Source: a virus (Duplodnaviria > Caudoviricetes). From it: a DNA stretch of 64,000 bases. The notes beneath the pieces are model-generated. The model ran no database searches. It was given only the letters and a program-made list of their open reading frames with translations, and was not told where the DNA came from. The stretch lies in the IMG/VR virus record IMGVR_UViG_3300031555_004349, positions 32,001-96,000 of that record, one strand, 5' to 3'. The translations under genes and the position numbers were made by a program. Position 1 is the stretch's first letter. The number at the start of each line of letters is the position of its first letter. Positions 30,259 to 39,602 of the stretch are shown in pieces.

Positions 30259-32652
30259 CTAATTTTCAAGCAAAATCGCATTTTTAACTAAGTTAGTATT
30301 GGTTACTTTTATCATTTGAACACCAATAGTCATACGACTTTGTGATGGAATAGTGTCTACTTTTAATTTTAATGAAGATAGTTTAGAATTTACTATAATT
30401 GTATCACTCTTTTTATTAGTTAATACAACACTTGCAACATAGTCATCTTCTTCTTTGAATTTACAAATTGAACTTCCTTTTGTTGCACGATTTGCTATAG
30501 AAAATTCTTTTATTGAAGTTCTTTTTCCATAACCTTTTGCCGTAATTGAAACCACTTCTTCAATACTATTATTAACAATTTCCATTGCAATAACTTCATT
30601 ACCTTCTGAAAGTCCTATTCCTTTAACTCCCATTGTATTTCTTCCAGTTGTAGGAAAATCTGCTTGGTCTAATAATAAACAATTTCCTAACTTTGTTGCT
30701 AAAAATATTTTATCATCTTCGCGCTCAATTAATTGTGTACTCACTAATTCATCATCTTCACGTACTTTTAAAGCAATTAATCCAGTTTTTCTACTTCCAT
30801 TTAAATATTCTCTCATTTCCGTTTTCTTAACTGTACCATTTTTGGTTGCAAAAATTACATATTTATAATGTTTTGCATTATCATAAGATAAAATATTTGT
30901 AACATATTCATTATTTTTCAAAGCTAAAAGTTGATTGATATAAGTTTCTTCATTAAGTGGAATATCAGCTAGCGAAATATTGTAGCTTTTTCCAAAGTTT
31001 GTAAACACCAAAACTTGTTCAGTTGTTTTTCCTACAATTGTTTTCCAGATATAATCTGTTTTACTTGCAAATTTAATTTTAGCACCTATCGTACCTCTTT
31101 TTTGAGTAGATAACTCACTAATTTCTTTTGCAACAATTGCGCCTCTATTAGAAATATAAGCAATAATAGCTTTTTCTTCTACAATTGGAGCTTCTTCGCT
31201 AACATTATCGATTATAGTTCTTCTGTCGTCTCCATATTTTTTACTTACTTCTAATAAATTATTTTCCATTACTTGTAAAAATTCTTTTTCGTTTGTTAAC
31301 AACAAATTATAATGCTCAATTTCTTCTTCAAGTTTTTCTTTCTCTTGTTGTATTTTTGCTATTTCCATATTAACTAAACGATTTAATTTTAAATCTAAAA
31401 TAGCTTTTGCTTGTCTTTCTGAAAAACCATAATTATTCATAAGAGCAATACAAGCTGCGGCTGAATTTGGTTGACTCTTAATTAAAGCAACTATTTCATC
31501 GATAATTGATAACGCTTTTAAGTAACCTTCTACAATTTCTAATCTAGCTTTTGCTTTATTTAAATCAAATATAATTTTATTTCTTAAAACTTTTTTACTA
31601 TGTGCTAGATATTCTAATAGAGCTTCTTTTAAACCAAAAATTTGTGGTATTTTACCATCTTTTAGCATAACCATATTTATACTAAAATAAGATTGTAAAG
31701 CAGTATTTTTGTATAAAAAGTCTTTTACTTTACCAAAGTTGGCATTGTTATCAACTGTAATTTTAATTAATGGTTGAGTTCCTGTTAAGTCTAAAAACTT
31801 TACTATACCACATTCGGGATTTGCTTCCATAGCTTCAGTTAATTGTTTACAAATCGTATTTGTGTATACACCATAAGGCAATTCTGTAACAACTAATTGA
31901 TTGTTTTGGAAATCACTTTCTATTTTTGCTCTAATTTTAATAGAAGTTCCAGTACCGTTTTTAATTGACTCTTTAATTTCTTCTCCATTAATTATTGTTG
32001 CGCCCGTAGCGAAGTCAGGTGCACAATAAATTTCTTCAAAAGGAGTGTTTGGATTCCATAACAATTTAACTAACGAATTGTTAATTTCTCTTAAATTAAA
32101 TTGTGGAATAGAACTTGCTAATGCAACTCCTATACCCATAGAACCTTGAACTAAATTGTAAAATCCAATTGAAGGTAAAACCGCTGGATACTCTTCAGTA
32201 CCATCATAGTTTTCGCGCCAATCTTCTTTCTCAATTGTGTTCTTTTCAATTGAGTCAAATAAATGAGTACCTAATTCAGACAATTTCATTTCTACATATC
32301 TTGATGCAGCTTCGTTATCGTTTTCCATTTGATTACCATAAGAACCTTGAACTTCTTCAAGAGGATAACGCATAGCAAAAGGTTTGCCCATTCTTATTAA
32401 AGTTGAATAAGCACTTGCATCACCGTGTACATAGAAATGAGACATACCAGAAGCTACTGATTTAGTAGCTTTCTTAAAAGGTTTGTCGTAAGTCAACTTA
32501 TCTATATACTGAGCATAAGCTAATTGTCTAGCTGCAGGTTTTAAACCATCACGAACATCAACAATAGCTCTGTCTTGTATAACCATTCCTGCATAACGAG
32601 CAAAATTACTCTCTAAAGTATCTGTTAAATTAACTTGTTTATAATCGCTCAT
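30259..32652 (-). CDS. gyrA: Type IIA topoisomerase subunit A (GyrA/ParC) with C-terminal pinwheel
   Basis: DGLKPAAR, HGDAS, catalytic ASRY; blade repeats; GyrA-box-like QKRGTIG. Confidence 0.9.
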   Translation of the reverse strand: MSDYKQVNLTDTLESNFARYAGMVIQDRAIVDVRDGLKPAARQLAYAQYIDKLTYDKPFKKATKSVASGMSHFYVHGDASAYSTLIRMGKPFAMRYPLEEVQGSYGNQMENDNEAASRYVEMKLSELGTHLFDSIEKNTIEKEDWRENYDGTEEYPAVLPSIGFYNLVQGSMGIGVALASSIPQFNLREINNSLVKLLWNPNTPFEEIYCAPDFATGATIINGEEIKESIKNGTGTSIKIRAKIESDFQNNQLVVTELPYGVYTNTICKQLTEAMEANPECGIVKFLDLTGTQPLIKITVDNNANFGKVKDFLYKNTALQSYFSINMVMLKDGKIPQIFGLKEALLEYLAHSKKVLRNKIIFDLNKAKARLEIVEGYLKALSIIDEIVALIKSQPNSAAACIALMNNYGFSERQAKAILDLKLNRLVNMEIAKIQQEKEKLEEEIEHYNLLLTNEKEFLQVMENNLLEVSKKYGDDRRTIIDNVSEEAPIVEEKAIIAYISNRGAIVAKEISELSTQKRGTIGAKIKFASKTDYIWKTIVGKTTEQVLVFTNFGKSYNISLADIPLNEETYINQLLALKNNEYVTNILSYDNAKHYKYVIFATKNGTVKKTEMREYLNGSRKTGLIALKVREDDELVSTQLIEREDDKIFLATKLGNCLLLDQADFPTTGRNTMGVKGIGLSEGNEVIAMEIVNNSIEEVVSITAKGYGKRTSIKEFSIANRATKGSSICKFKEEDDYVASVVLTNKKSDTIIVNSKLSSLKLKVDTIPSQSRMTIGVQMIKVTNTNLVKNAILLEN

Positions 32653-32683
32653 TTACTTTCTCCTTTATTTTTATTATATATTT

Positions 32684-32712
32684 ATTATAATTCAATTTCA
32701 ACTAAAAATCAA
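32684..32712 (-). promoter_or_regulatory. Sigma-A-type promoter
   Basis: TTGATT-N17-TATAAT. Confidence 0.65.
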
Positions 32713-32719
32713 ACTTTAA

Positions 32720-34573
32720 TTAGTCTACTATCTTGCTAAAATCAATTGCGCCAGAAAATACAAAATCTTTTCTAGGCTTTACATCTGAACCCATAAGTTC
32801 TTCTAATCTGTAAAAACTTCTTTCGTCAGGAATAAGTACTTCCACTCTTTGATTATCTTTATTAAACATACTTTCTTTTGTATCTTGAGCGCTTAATTCT
32901 CCAAGTCCTTTAAAACGAGTTTGTTCACCTTTAATTCCACTTGTGTTTAGCTCTTCTTCATCATAGAAGTAATAATTATTTTTCCCTTTTTGAACTCTAA
33001 ACAAAGGTGCTTTTAACCAGCATAATCTACCTTCTTCAATGAATTGTGGCATTAGTGCTTTAAATAAGCTCATAATTAAACAAGCAATATGACATCCGTC
33101 ATCGTCAGCGTCAACTGCAATTCCAACTTTTCCATATCTTAATTTTTTATTGTCATACTTATCTAAAATTCCACAACCAAGTGCAGTTAAAATAGATTGA
33201 ACTTCTTCATTTTCAAGTCCTTCATCAAGAGGACAAGATAATAAATTACGAATTTTACCTCTAATAGCTAAAATTCCATATTTCTCTGTATCTCTACCAC
33301 TTGCTAAACCTGCCATAGCAGAGTTTCCTTCTGCAATTAACAACATTGCATCTTCTCCTAAGAATTCTGCATCTTTTAATTTTTCAGGCATAACTGTTTT
33401 TTTACTTCTTGAATTAACAATTTTAGCTTGTGCATTAATAACTGCATTCCTTGCGCGGTCTGCTGCCTCTTCAGCTTTTTCTTCTTTTGATAAGAATTCT
33501 TTAATTTCATCTGCGTCTTGCGCATATTGTTTAACATATATTTTAAAATATTCACTAAAAGCTCTATCAGCTAATTGCCTTAATTCAGGATTATTTATCT
33601 TTGTTTTTGTTTGATTTGCAAAAGAAGGATTTGGAGTTTTACAAGCAATTGCTGCTACCAAGCCTGTTCTCGCCATTTCTCCAGTAAAATTTCTTTTAAA
33701 TTCTTTATTTAAATTACGAGTTATAGCTGTTTTTAATCCAGTTAAACTTGTACCACCTTCTATATTTTCCAAACCATTTGTGAAAACATATATTTTTTCT
33801 TTTTCTTTTGTCCATTGTAAAGCTATTTCTATTTCATTTTGTCCATCTTTTAATTGATAATAAAATGGATGTTCGTGAACAACATTTTTAGCTTTGTCTG
33901 CAATAAGGTCTAATAGACCATTTTTTGCACAATAAGTAACAGATTTAGAAGTTTTAGTTTCTTTCAATTTGAAAGTTAAACCTTTTGTTAAATAAGATAA
34001 ATTTTTACAAGTATTACACAATACTTCAAAATCTATAACAATTGGTTCAAGATTATAAACTTCTTCATCTGGTGTAAATGTAACTGTTGTTCCACTTGTT
34101 TTATCTGTTATTTTTTCTTCTTTATATGAAATTAAATTTCCCTTTTCAAAAATAGCTGTTGCACTTTTTCCATCTCTACAAGAAATAACTTCAAATTTCT
34201 TTGAACTTAAACAAGTTGCTTTTGCGCCAATACCGTTAAGTCCAGCTACAGAATTGTAAACTTTATCGTTAAATTTACCACCTGTGTGAGGTTTTGAATA
34301 AATATCTACTAAAACATTAGTGCCATCATCTTTTTTTCCAAAAGGAACACCTCTTGCAAAGTCTTTTATTGTTACTGTATTACCGTTTAAAGTAATATGA
34401 ATTTCTTTTCCAAAGCCCATATAAAACTCATCAATTGAGTTTGAAATAATTTCTTGGATAGAATTATAAACGCCTTGCATATCCGCGCTACCTAAATACA
34501 TAGCTATTCTTTTACGAACGCCATCGCGAAATGATAATGTTTCAATATCATTAATACCATAATTTGTAGCCAT
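32720..34573 (-). CDS. gyrB: Type IIA topoisomerase subunit B (GyrB/ParE)
   Basis: EIISNSIDE, HTGGKF, GLNGIG, AEGNSA, IRGKIRN, DADDDG, RFKGLGE. Confidence 0.92.
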   Translation of the reverse strand: MATNYGINDIETLSFRDGVRKRIAMYLGSADMQGVYNSIQEIISNSIDEFYMGFGKEIHITLNGNTVTIKDFARGVPFGKKDDGTNVLVDIYSKPHTGGKFNDKVYNSVAGLNGIGAKATCLSSKKFEVISCRDGKSATAIFEKGNLISYKEEKITDKTSGTTVTFTPDEEVYNLEPIVIDFEVLCNTCKNLSYLTKGLTFKLKETKTSKSVTYCAKNGLLDLIADKAKNVVHEHPFYYQLKDGQNEIEIALQWTKEKEKIYVFTNGLENIEGGTSLTGLKTAITRNLNKEFKRNFTGEMARTGLVAAIACKTPNPSFANQTKTKINNPELRQLADRAFSEYFKIYVKQYAQDADEIKEFLSKEEKAEEAADRARNAVINAQAKIVNSRSKKTVMPEKLKDAEFLGEDAMLLIAEGNSAMAGLASGRDTEKYGILAIRGKIRNLLSCPLDEGLENEEVQSILTALGCGILDKYDNKKLRYGKVGIAVDADDDGCHIACLIMSLFKALMPQFIEEGRLCWLKAPLFRVQKGKNNYYFYDEEELNTSGIKGEQTRFKGLGELSAQDTKESMFNKDNQRVEVLIPDERSFYRLEELMGSDVKPRKDFVFSGAIDFSKIVD

Positions 34574-34604
34574 TTTATTCCTCCATTCCATTTAAACTAT
34601 ATTA

Positions 34605-34633
34605 ATTATATCAAAAATTCATTTTAAAATCAA
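34605..34633 (-). promoter_or_regulatory. Sigma-A-type promoter
   Basis: TTGATT-N17-TATAAT with extended TG. Confidence 0.7.
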
Positions 34634-34645
34634 GTTTTAAATGAA

Positions 34646-34670
34646 AAGAACTGGCTCGCGCCAGTTTCTT
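34646..34670 (-). terminator. Intrinsic terminator
   Basis: AAGAACTGGC-tcgc-GCCAGTTTCTT, followed by Ts on the - strand. Confidence 0.65.
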
Positions 34671-34854
34671 ATATTAAGTTTATTTCTACAACTTTATTTT
34701 TTAATCCAAATTGACTATTGATAAAGTCTAAAACCTCTTTTTTAGTTAATGGTTTTCCCTTTTTAACCATTTTCTTTTCTTTTGCACTCCAAACTAATGG
34801 AAATCTTATTGTGTCATACATTGCTTTTGACATTGTGTAAGTTACTGTTCCCAT
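34669..34854 (-). CDS. Hypothetical protein
   Basis: RBS; coupled to the ligase stop codon. Confidence 0.55.
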   Translation of the reverse strand: MGTVTYTMSKAMYDTIRFPLVWSAKEKKMVKKGKPLTKKEVLDFINSQFGLKNKVVEINLI

Positions 34855-34856
34855 AA

Positions 34857-35969
34857 TTATTCTCCTTTCTTTTCAAAAATTTTTTCAAAAGTACAATCTT
34901 CAATTGTTATATCATCTCTAAACCCAACAAACTTTGGGTGTCTTAATTTGAAATCTGCTGTCGTTTCCATAGCATTTACTAAACAAACTCTATCTTTATA
35001 TTTATTAGGATTTGTTAAAAAATCTTCTTTAATTTCATCACTAAAACCAGACACATATCCAATTACAACTCTTTCGTGATTTTTGTTTATAACGCCCATT
35101 TCTAAAGAACCAAACCAACCTTTGTAATAAGGTTTTGTAATTGGTGTAATTGTTGCGCCGTTTAAATAATCTTGATAAAGTTTTCCAAATAATTTTTCAG
35201 CAGTTTTTTCATTTTCCCAATATTCCCAATTTGCTATGTCTTTTCCTGTATATTCTTTTGTTGGAAGTTTTACTTCGCCTGTTAAAAATACATCAGCTTC
35301 ACTTTGTAATTCTTTTTTAATTTTTATAGTTTTCCAAGCTGTTCTTTTACCTGGTGTTACCATTGAGCCCTTTAAAGTACAAACAATTCCTTCTTCATTA
35401 TTATCAAAAACAAAATCTAATAATTCTTTAATTGTTTCTACTCCTGAATAATATTCAGCAAATTCGATAAATTCGGGAAGTTCTCCCCAACTTGTCTTTA
35501 ATTCTTTTAAAAACTCAATTCTTTCTGTTTTTGTAGCGGTCATATAATCTTTTCCATCATAATACCACACATCGTGAATAAAGAAAAATAAAGGTTTTTC
35601 TTTTTGTCTAAAAATTGCCTTTGGAGGTAAACATCTCAATATAGAACCGACATCTTTATCGTTCCATTCTGGTCTATAAAGTTCCCCAATTAGTAAACTA
35701 TTGTTTGGAACTTTTTCTTTTAAAAAATCAATAATATGAGGTATTTTATCTTGAACTTCTCCATAAGTGCCAGTTACAACACTTTTCCCTCTTGTTTGCA
35801 TTTTTAACTCATTATTTAAAATTATAAAACGAGCGTAATTTCCGTCTTTTTTAATACTTGCAACATATTCATCACTTTCAATTCGTTGCATAATTTTTTG
35901 TTCTTTATTTTCTGTATTAACTGCTACGCCATATACTTTTTCTGGCTCTAATTCAAATAAATTTAACAT
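34857..35969 (-). CDS. ATP-dependent DNA ligase
   Basis: Motif I KKDG; LIGELY; EEGIV; KIKK; LRHPKF..FRDD. Confidence 0.85.
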   Translation of the reverse strand: MLNLFELEPEKVYGVAVNTENKEQKIMQRIESDEYVASIKKDGNYARFIILNNELKMQTRGKSVVTGTYGEVQDKIPHIIDFLKEKVPNNSLLIGELYRPEWNDKDVGSILRCLPPKAIFRQKEKPLFFFIHDVWYYDGKDYMTATKTERIEFLKELKTSWGELPEFIEFAEYYSGVETIKELLDFVFDNNEEGIVCTLKGSMVTPGKRTAWKTIKIKKELQSEADVFLTGEVKLPTKEYTGKDIANWEYWENEKTAEKLFGKLYQDYLNGATITPITKPYYKGWFGSLEMGVINKNHERVVIGYVSGFSDEIKEDFLTNPNKYKDRVCLVNAMETTADFKLRHPKFVGFRDDITIEDCTFEKIFEKKGE

Positions 35970-36003
35970 AAAATTAAACTCCTTTTTTAATATCTATAAT
36001 AAA

Positions 36004-36032
36004 ATTATAGCATAATTTAAGGAGTTTTTCAA
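36004..36032 (-). promoter_or_regulatory. Sigma-A-type promoter
   Basis: TTGAAA-N17-TATAAT with extended TG. Confidence 0.7.
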
Positions 36033-36036
36033 GTTT

Positions 36037-36576
36037 TTATTCGGTTAAAATTACTTTAATAATTTCGTTAGCTTCTTCTTTTAAATCTTCTTCTGTTCCA
36101 GCATTTATAACAATCATATCCCATTGATTATAATTATCCAAAGAAGTCTCACTAGAATGTTGCAATTGCTCTTTGGTTAATTTACTTTCATGCCCAGGTC
36201 TTATTATTCTTACTTTATAAATACTTCTATCTTTTTCGCGCCATCTATCATATTCATTTGGAAAACGACAATCAGCTACAATTGCAACATCATAATCATT
36301 TTTTACTACATCAATTGTATTAATTACCATATCTACCCAAATATTTTCTGAAACTCTGTTGCGACCTTGTTCAGTACCAATATGTTGTAATAACGCGCGA
36401 CCACCTTCGTCTTTTTCACCATTCCAAAAATAATATTGTTTTGCAATAAATTTTACATAGTCTGCATAATTGATTAAAAGAGTTCTTTTTCCTTGTAACT
36501 CTAGTTGCTCTCTTAAAATAGTAGCAAAAGTAGTTTTACCTGCTTCAGCTTTTCCAGATATACCTATTACCTTCAT
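36037..36576 (-). CDS. Deoxynucleoside monophosphate kinase
   Basis: GKAEAGKTT; R.LLQHIGTE; DCRFPNE; HSSETSLD. Confidence 0.8.
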   Translation of the reverse strand: MKVIGISGKAEAGKTTFATILREQLELQGKRTLLINYADYVKFIAKQYYFWNGEKDEGGRALLQHIGTEQGRNRVSENIWVDMVINTIDVVKNDYDVAIVADCRFPNEYDRWREKDRSIYKVRIIRPGHESKLTKEQLQHSSETSLDNYNQWDMIVINAGTEEDLKEEANEIIKVILTE

Positions 36577-37396
36577 TTGCTTCCTCCAATATTTTCTTTT
36601 TAATGTTATTAATAATAATTTCCACTGATTTCTTTTTATAGGCTTCGCGCCAAGCTGCAGTTTCTACTTCATCTGTTAATAGCATATCTGCTTTATCTTT
36701 AATTAATGCACAATAAATATTAGCAAAATTTTGAGCTGTATGTAAATCCAATTTATTTGTTTTTGTATCTATTAAAAATTTTTCCATTATTTCTGAATGA
36801 TATCTAATTGAATCTTTAAAGCTTTTACTAAAATCAAAATAATTTTGCATGAATTCATAAAGTCTCATAATGTGATGAACTTGTTTTCCATCATAACCCC
36901 ATTTATCAATTTTCCAAGCAATTGTTGGATAAGGATGGCACATAGCTTTTTTCTTCTCCATACTCATTCCGCAAATTGATTTTAGTAAAGGTGTTTTACA
37001 TTCTTTTACTAAATCTTCTAAATGGTCTCTAAACCAATCCACTTCTGCCAAATAATCAGAATTAATAAAAGTAACTTTTGCACATAAAATTTCTAAAAAC
37101 TGAATATTGGCTTTTAATAAAGTTGGAATGAACGCGCGAATATCTTTAATATCACACTTTCCAGTACTAATGTCAATTGTAGTAGATATTGGTGTAGAAT
37201 TATGGACTAAATCTTCTAAAGTGGGTAAAATAATTACTTTTGTATCGATATCAGATTTGTATTCTTCTGTATCTAATTCCAACCCATAATTATGAGAACC
37301 ATAGTTTGCAGCAAATAGTATAGTATAACCCATTTTATTAACTTCAGTCATACTTTCTTTAAGAGCGTTACTTATTCTTTCCGTCTCCTTGTTCAT
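36545..37396 (-). CDS. Pol-beta-superfamily nucleotidyltransferase (RlaP/Nuc-transf-like)
   Basis: YGSHNYGL...SDIDTK; NIQFLEIL; GYDGKQVHHIMRL. Confidence 0.7.
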   Translation of the reverse strand: MNKETERISNALKESMTEVNKMGYTILFAANYGSHNYGLELDTEEYKSDIDTKVIILPTLEDLVHNSTPISTTIDISTGKCDIKDIRAFIPTLLKANIQFLEILCAKVTFINSDYLAEVDWFRDHLEDLVKECKTPLLKSICGMSMEKKKAMCHPYPTIAWKIDKWGYDGKQVHHIMRLYEFMQNYFDFSKSFKDSIRYHSEIMEKFLIDTKTNKLDLHTAQNFANIYCALIKDKADMLLTDEVETAAWREAYKKKSVEIIINNIKKKILEEANEGNRYIWKS

Positions 37397-37652
37397 TTTT
37401 ATCTCCTTTCTTGTAAAAACTTAATTGTAAATAGTTTTCAAGCATTTTATCATTTTTTTCTATTAATTCTTCTAAAACTTTAATTAGAATAGAATCTTTA
37501 ATACTTACTTTTTTAAAAAAAGCTGAACCTTTAAATTGTACCTCTCCATTTGGCCAGGTATTGTATTTTACAGTTGTCAAAGCTCTCTTTAATTCTTTAT
37601 TTTCCTCTATTTTTCTTTCAATAACATCTTGATATGCTGAAAAATTACTCAT
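37368..37652 (-). CDS. Hypothetical protein
   Basis: Overlapping operon gene. Confidence 0.55.
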   Translation of the reverse strand: MSNFSAYQDVIERKIEENKELKRALTTVKYNTWPNGEVQFKGSAFFKKVSIKDSILIKVLEELIEKNDKMLENYLQLSFYKKGDKNEQGDGKNK

Positions 37653-37842
37653 AATAACTCTCCTTTATAGTAATTGATGAACCACATTCTGGACATTGTA
37701 CAAATTTTTCATAATGAAAATGACTTGAAAAAGGTATATTTGTATAATGTTCTTTAATATCTTTGTGGTTATAAATAAATTCACAGTTACAACTTAAACA
37801 AATTCCTTGTTGAACCGCATTTCCGTGTTTAATAATTTCCAT
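37645..37842 (-). CDS. Small Zn-ribbon protein
   Basis: CLSCNC...CPECG. Confidence 0.65.
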   Translation of the reverse strand: MEIIKHGNAVQQGICLSCNCEFIYNHKDIKEHYTNIPFSSHFHYEKFVQCPECGSSITIKESYYE

Positions 37843-38786
37843 TAATGTGCCTCCTTATCCGCTAATTTTAATAGCTGTAATTGATAATAAAGTTTTTCAC
37901 CAACTATACTTCTTAATTTTCTAGTGGCTTTTTCGCTATCTGCGCAATCGTGAGCGCGCATATGAAATGCAATTAAAATACATAATTCAATTGTTTCTTC
38001 TAAAGTAAATTTACTCATTTTTGCATAAAACATTGCTTCATAGCTACTTACATTTGCGTGATTTAAATATTGTGCACGAATTACTCCATTTACTTCTTCA
38101 GTATAACTCTTACAAAAAACTTTTCCTATATCGTGTAATTCAGCAGCTTTTAACAACACTTTGTTTGTAGTTAACATTTTCATAATTTCATAAGCTTTTT
38201 CCATATGACTTCCAATTGTTAAAGTGTGATAAGGAGTTTCGTGACTTGTTTTTATAAATCTTTCATAAGGATGCTCTACTCCATACATTTCTTTGTCTAT
38301 TCCAAAAGGATAAACAATATCAATTTGATGAACACTTTCTAAATGAGTTGGAAATTCAAAATTTTTATACATTCTCTCAATTACTTCTTCAGGCACTTGT
38401 CTATTTCTTTTTCTATTATTTTCTAAACATTTGTAATAAGGTGTTGCTATTATGACATAACGAATATAACCAAATTCATAAAAACCGCTAATTTCTTTTT
38501 CAACATAATCTGTAATAGAAGCTCTTGCTTTTCTTGTTAGATTAGTTGCGTCAATAACCACTCTTCCGCCTAATTGTAATTTTGCAACCGTTCTAGCTTT
38601 AATATAGTCAAAAACTTCTTCATTATGAGTTTGGTCATTTTCATCTCCAAATAAGCGAAGTCTTACTTGGTCAGATGAAAGTATTTCAGTATTGTAATTA
38701 AAAATTCTTGCAAAATCATATTGTTGTCTTGCCCAAGTACTTTTTCCACTACCTGGCAAGCCTATTAATAAAACTAATTCTGGCAT
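37842..38786 (-). CDS. Polynucleotide kinase (AAA_33) fused to an HD phosphohydrolase
   Basis: GLPGSGKST, SSDQVR, DATNL..R, R.R.VPEEVI; H..TIGSH...LHDIGK...H...H...D. Confidence 0.82.
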   Translation of the reverse strand: MPELVLLIGLPGSGKSTWARQQYDFARIFNYNTEILSSDQVRLRLFGDENDQTHNEEVFDYIKARTVAKLQLGGRVVIDATNLTRKARASITDYVEKEISGFYEFGYIRYVIIATPYYKCLENNRKRNRQVPEEVIERMYKNFEFPTHLESVHQIDIVYPFGIDKEMYGVEHPYERFIKTSHETPYHTLTIGSHMEKAYEIMKMLTTNKVLLKAAELHDIGKVFCKSYTEEVNGVIRAQYLNHANVSSYEAMFYAKMSKFTLEETIELCILIAFHMRAHDCADSEKATRKLRSIVGEKLYYQLQLLKLADKEAH

Positions 38787-38800
38787 TTATTTTCTCCTTT

Positions 38801-39307
38801 CTAAAATTTCATATCCATTGCTTCATTCGCAAGTTGGTCACATTTTTCATTCCATTTATTTCCTGAATGCCCTTTAACTTTTTCAAATTTAACATTGAAA
38901 GCTTCTTCAGTGGCTTCTAACATTCTATCAAGTTTCTGCCAAAGTTCTTTGTTTTTTACTGGTGTTTTAGATGCTGTTACCCAACCATTTGCGCGCCAAC
39001 CATTAATCCAATTTGTTATTCCATTTATTGTATATGCACTATCACTATAAATTATCAAATCATTTTTAACAAAAGCATAATCAAGTGGGACATTTTTATA
39101 TATTAAATCTAAACCTCTAATTATGGCATAAATTTCGGCTTTATTGTTTGTATTAGGGTCAAAATTTAATTTTTCTTTAAGAAAAATTGGTGCTTTTCCT
39201 TCAACAATTAAAACACAACCAATTCCACTTATTGGATTAGTAGAAGTTCCATTACCTCTACACGCGCCATCTGTATATAATTCAATTTTCATTACATTTT
39301 CCTCCAA
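38801..39307 (-). CDS. rnhA: Ribonuclease HI
   Basis: YTDGAC, TNNKAE, YSDSAY, VKNKELW, KVKGHSG...NEKCDQLA. Confidence 0.92.
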   Translation of the reverse strand: MEENVMKIELYTDGACRGNGTSTNPISGIGCVLIVEGKAPIFLKEKLNFDPNTNNKAEIYAIIRGLDLIYKNVPLDYAFVKNDLIIYSDSAYTINGITNWINGWRANGWVTASKTPVKNKELWQKLDRMLEATEEAFNVKFEKVKGHSGNKWNEKCDQLANEAMDMKF

Positions 39308-39319
39308 TTCTTTTCTTTA

Positions 39320-39348
39320 AATATAACAGAATTTGAGAAAAAAGTCAA
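39320..39348 (-). promoter_or_regulatory. Sigma-A-type promoter
   Basis: TTGACT-N17-TATATT with extended TG. Confidence 0.6.
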
Positions 39349-39356
39349 ATAAAAAA

Positions 39357-39376
39357 AGAGGGTCTTTCGACCCTCT
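39357..39376 (-). terminator. Intrinsic terminator ending the second structural cassette
   Basis: AGAGGGTC-tttc-GACCCTCT (GAAA loop on the - strand) followed by T7. Confidence 0.8.
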
Positions 39377-39377
39377 A

Positions 39378-39593
39378 TTATTTTATATCTTCTTCGATAT
39401 ATAATTCATTCATTTGCTCTTCAGTGAATGTATTTGGTACATAAACTGTTGAAGCATAATGTGGAAAATGTTCAGGAATTATATTTCCTCTTTCATCTTC
39501 AGTTGCTGCAATATATATATCTTCTTTACTTCTAATTTGTTTGCCCTCTGTAGCAATTATTTTTGTAACTAACTCTGTTTTTACTAATTGCAT
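39378..39593 (-). CDS. Small hypothetical protein (possible fibre-associated/chaperone)
   Basis: GGAGG RBS; follows the LRR/fibre gene. Confidence 0.55.
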   Translation of the reverse strand: MQLVKTELVTKIIATEGKQIRSKEDIYIAATEDERGNIIPEHFPHYASTVYVPNTFTEEQMNELYIEEDIK

Positions 39594-39602
39594 AATAACC
39601 TC

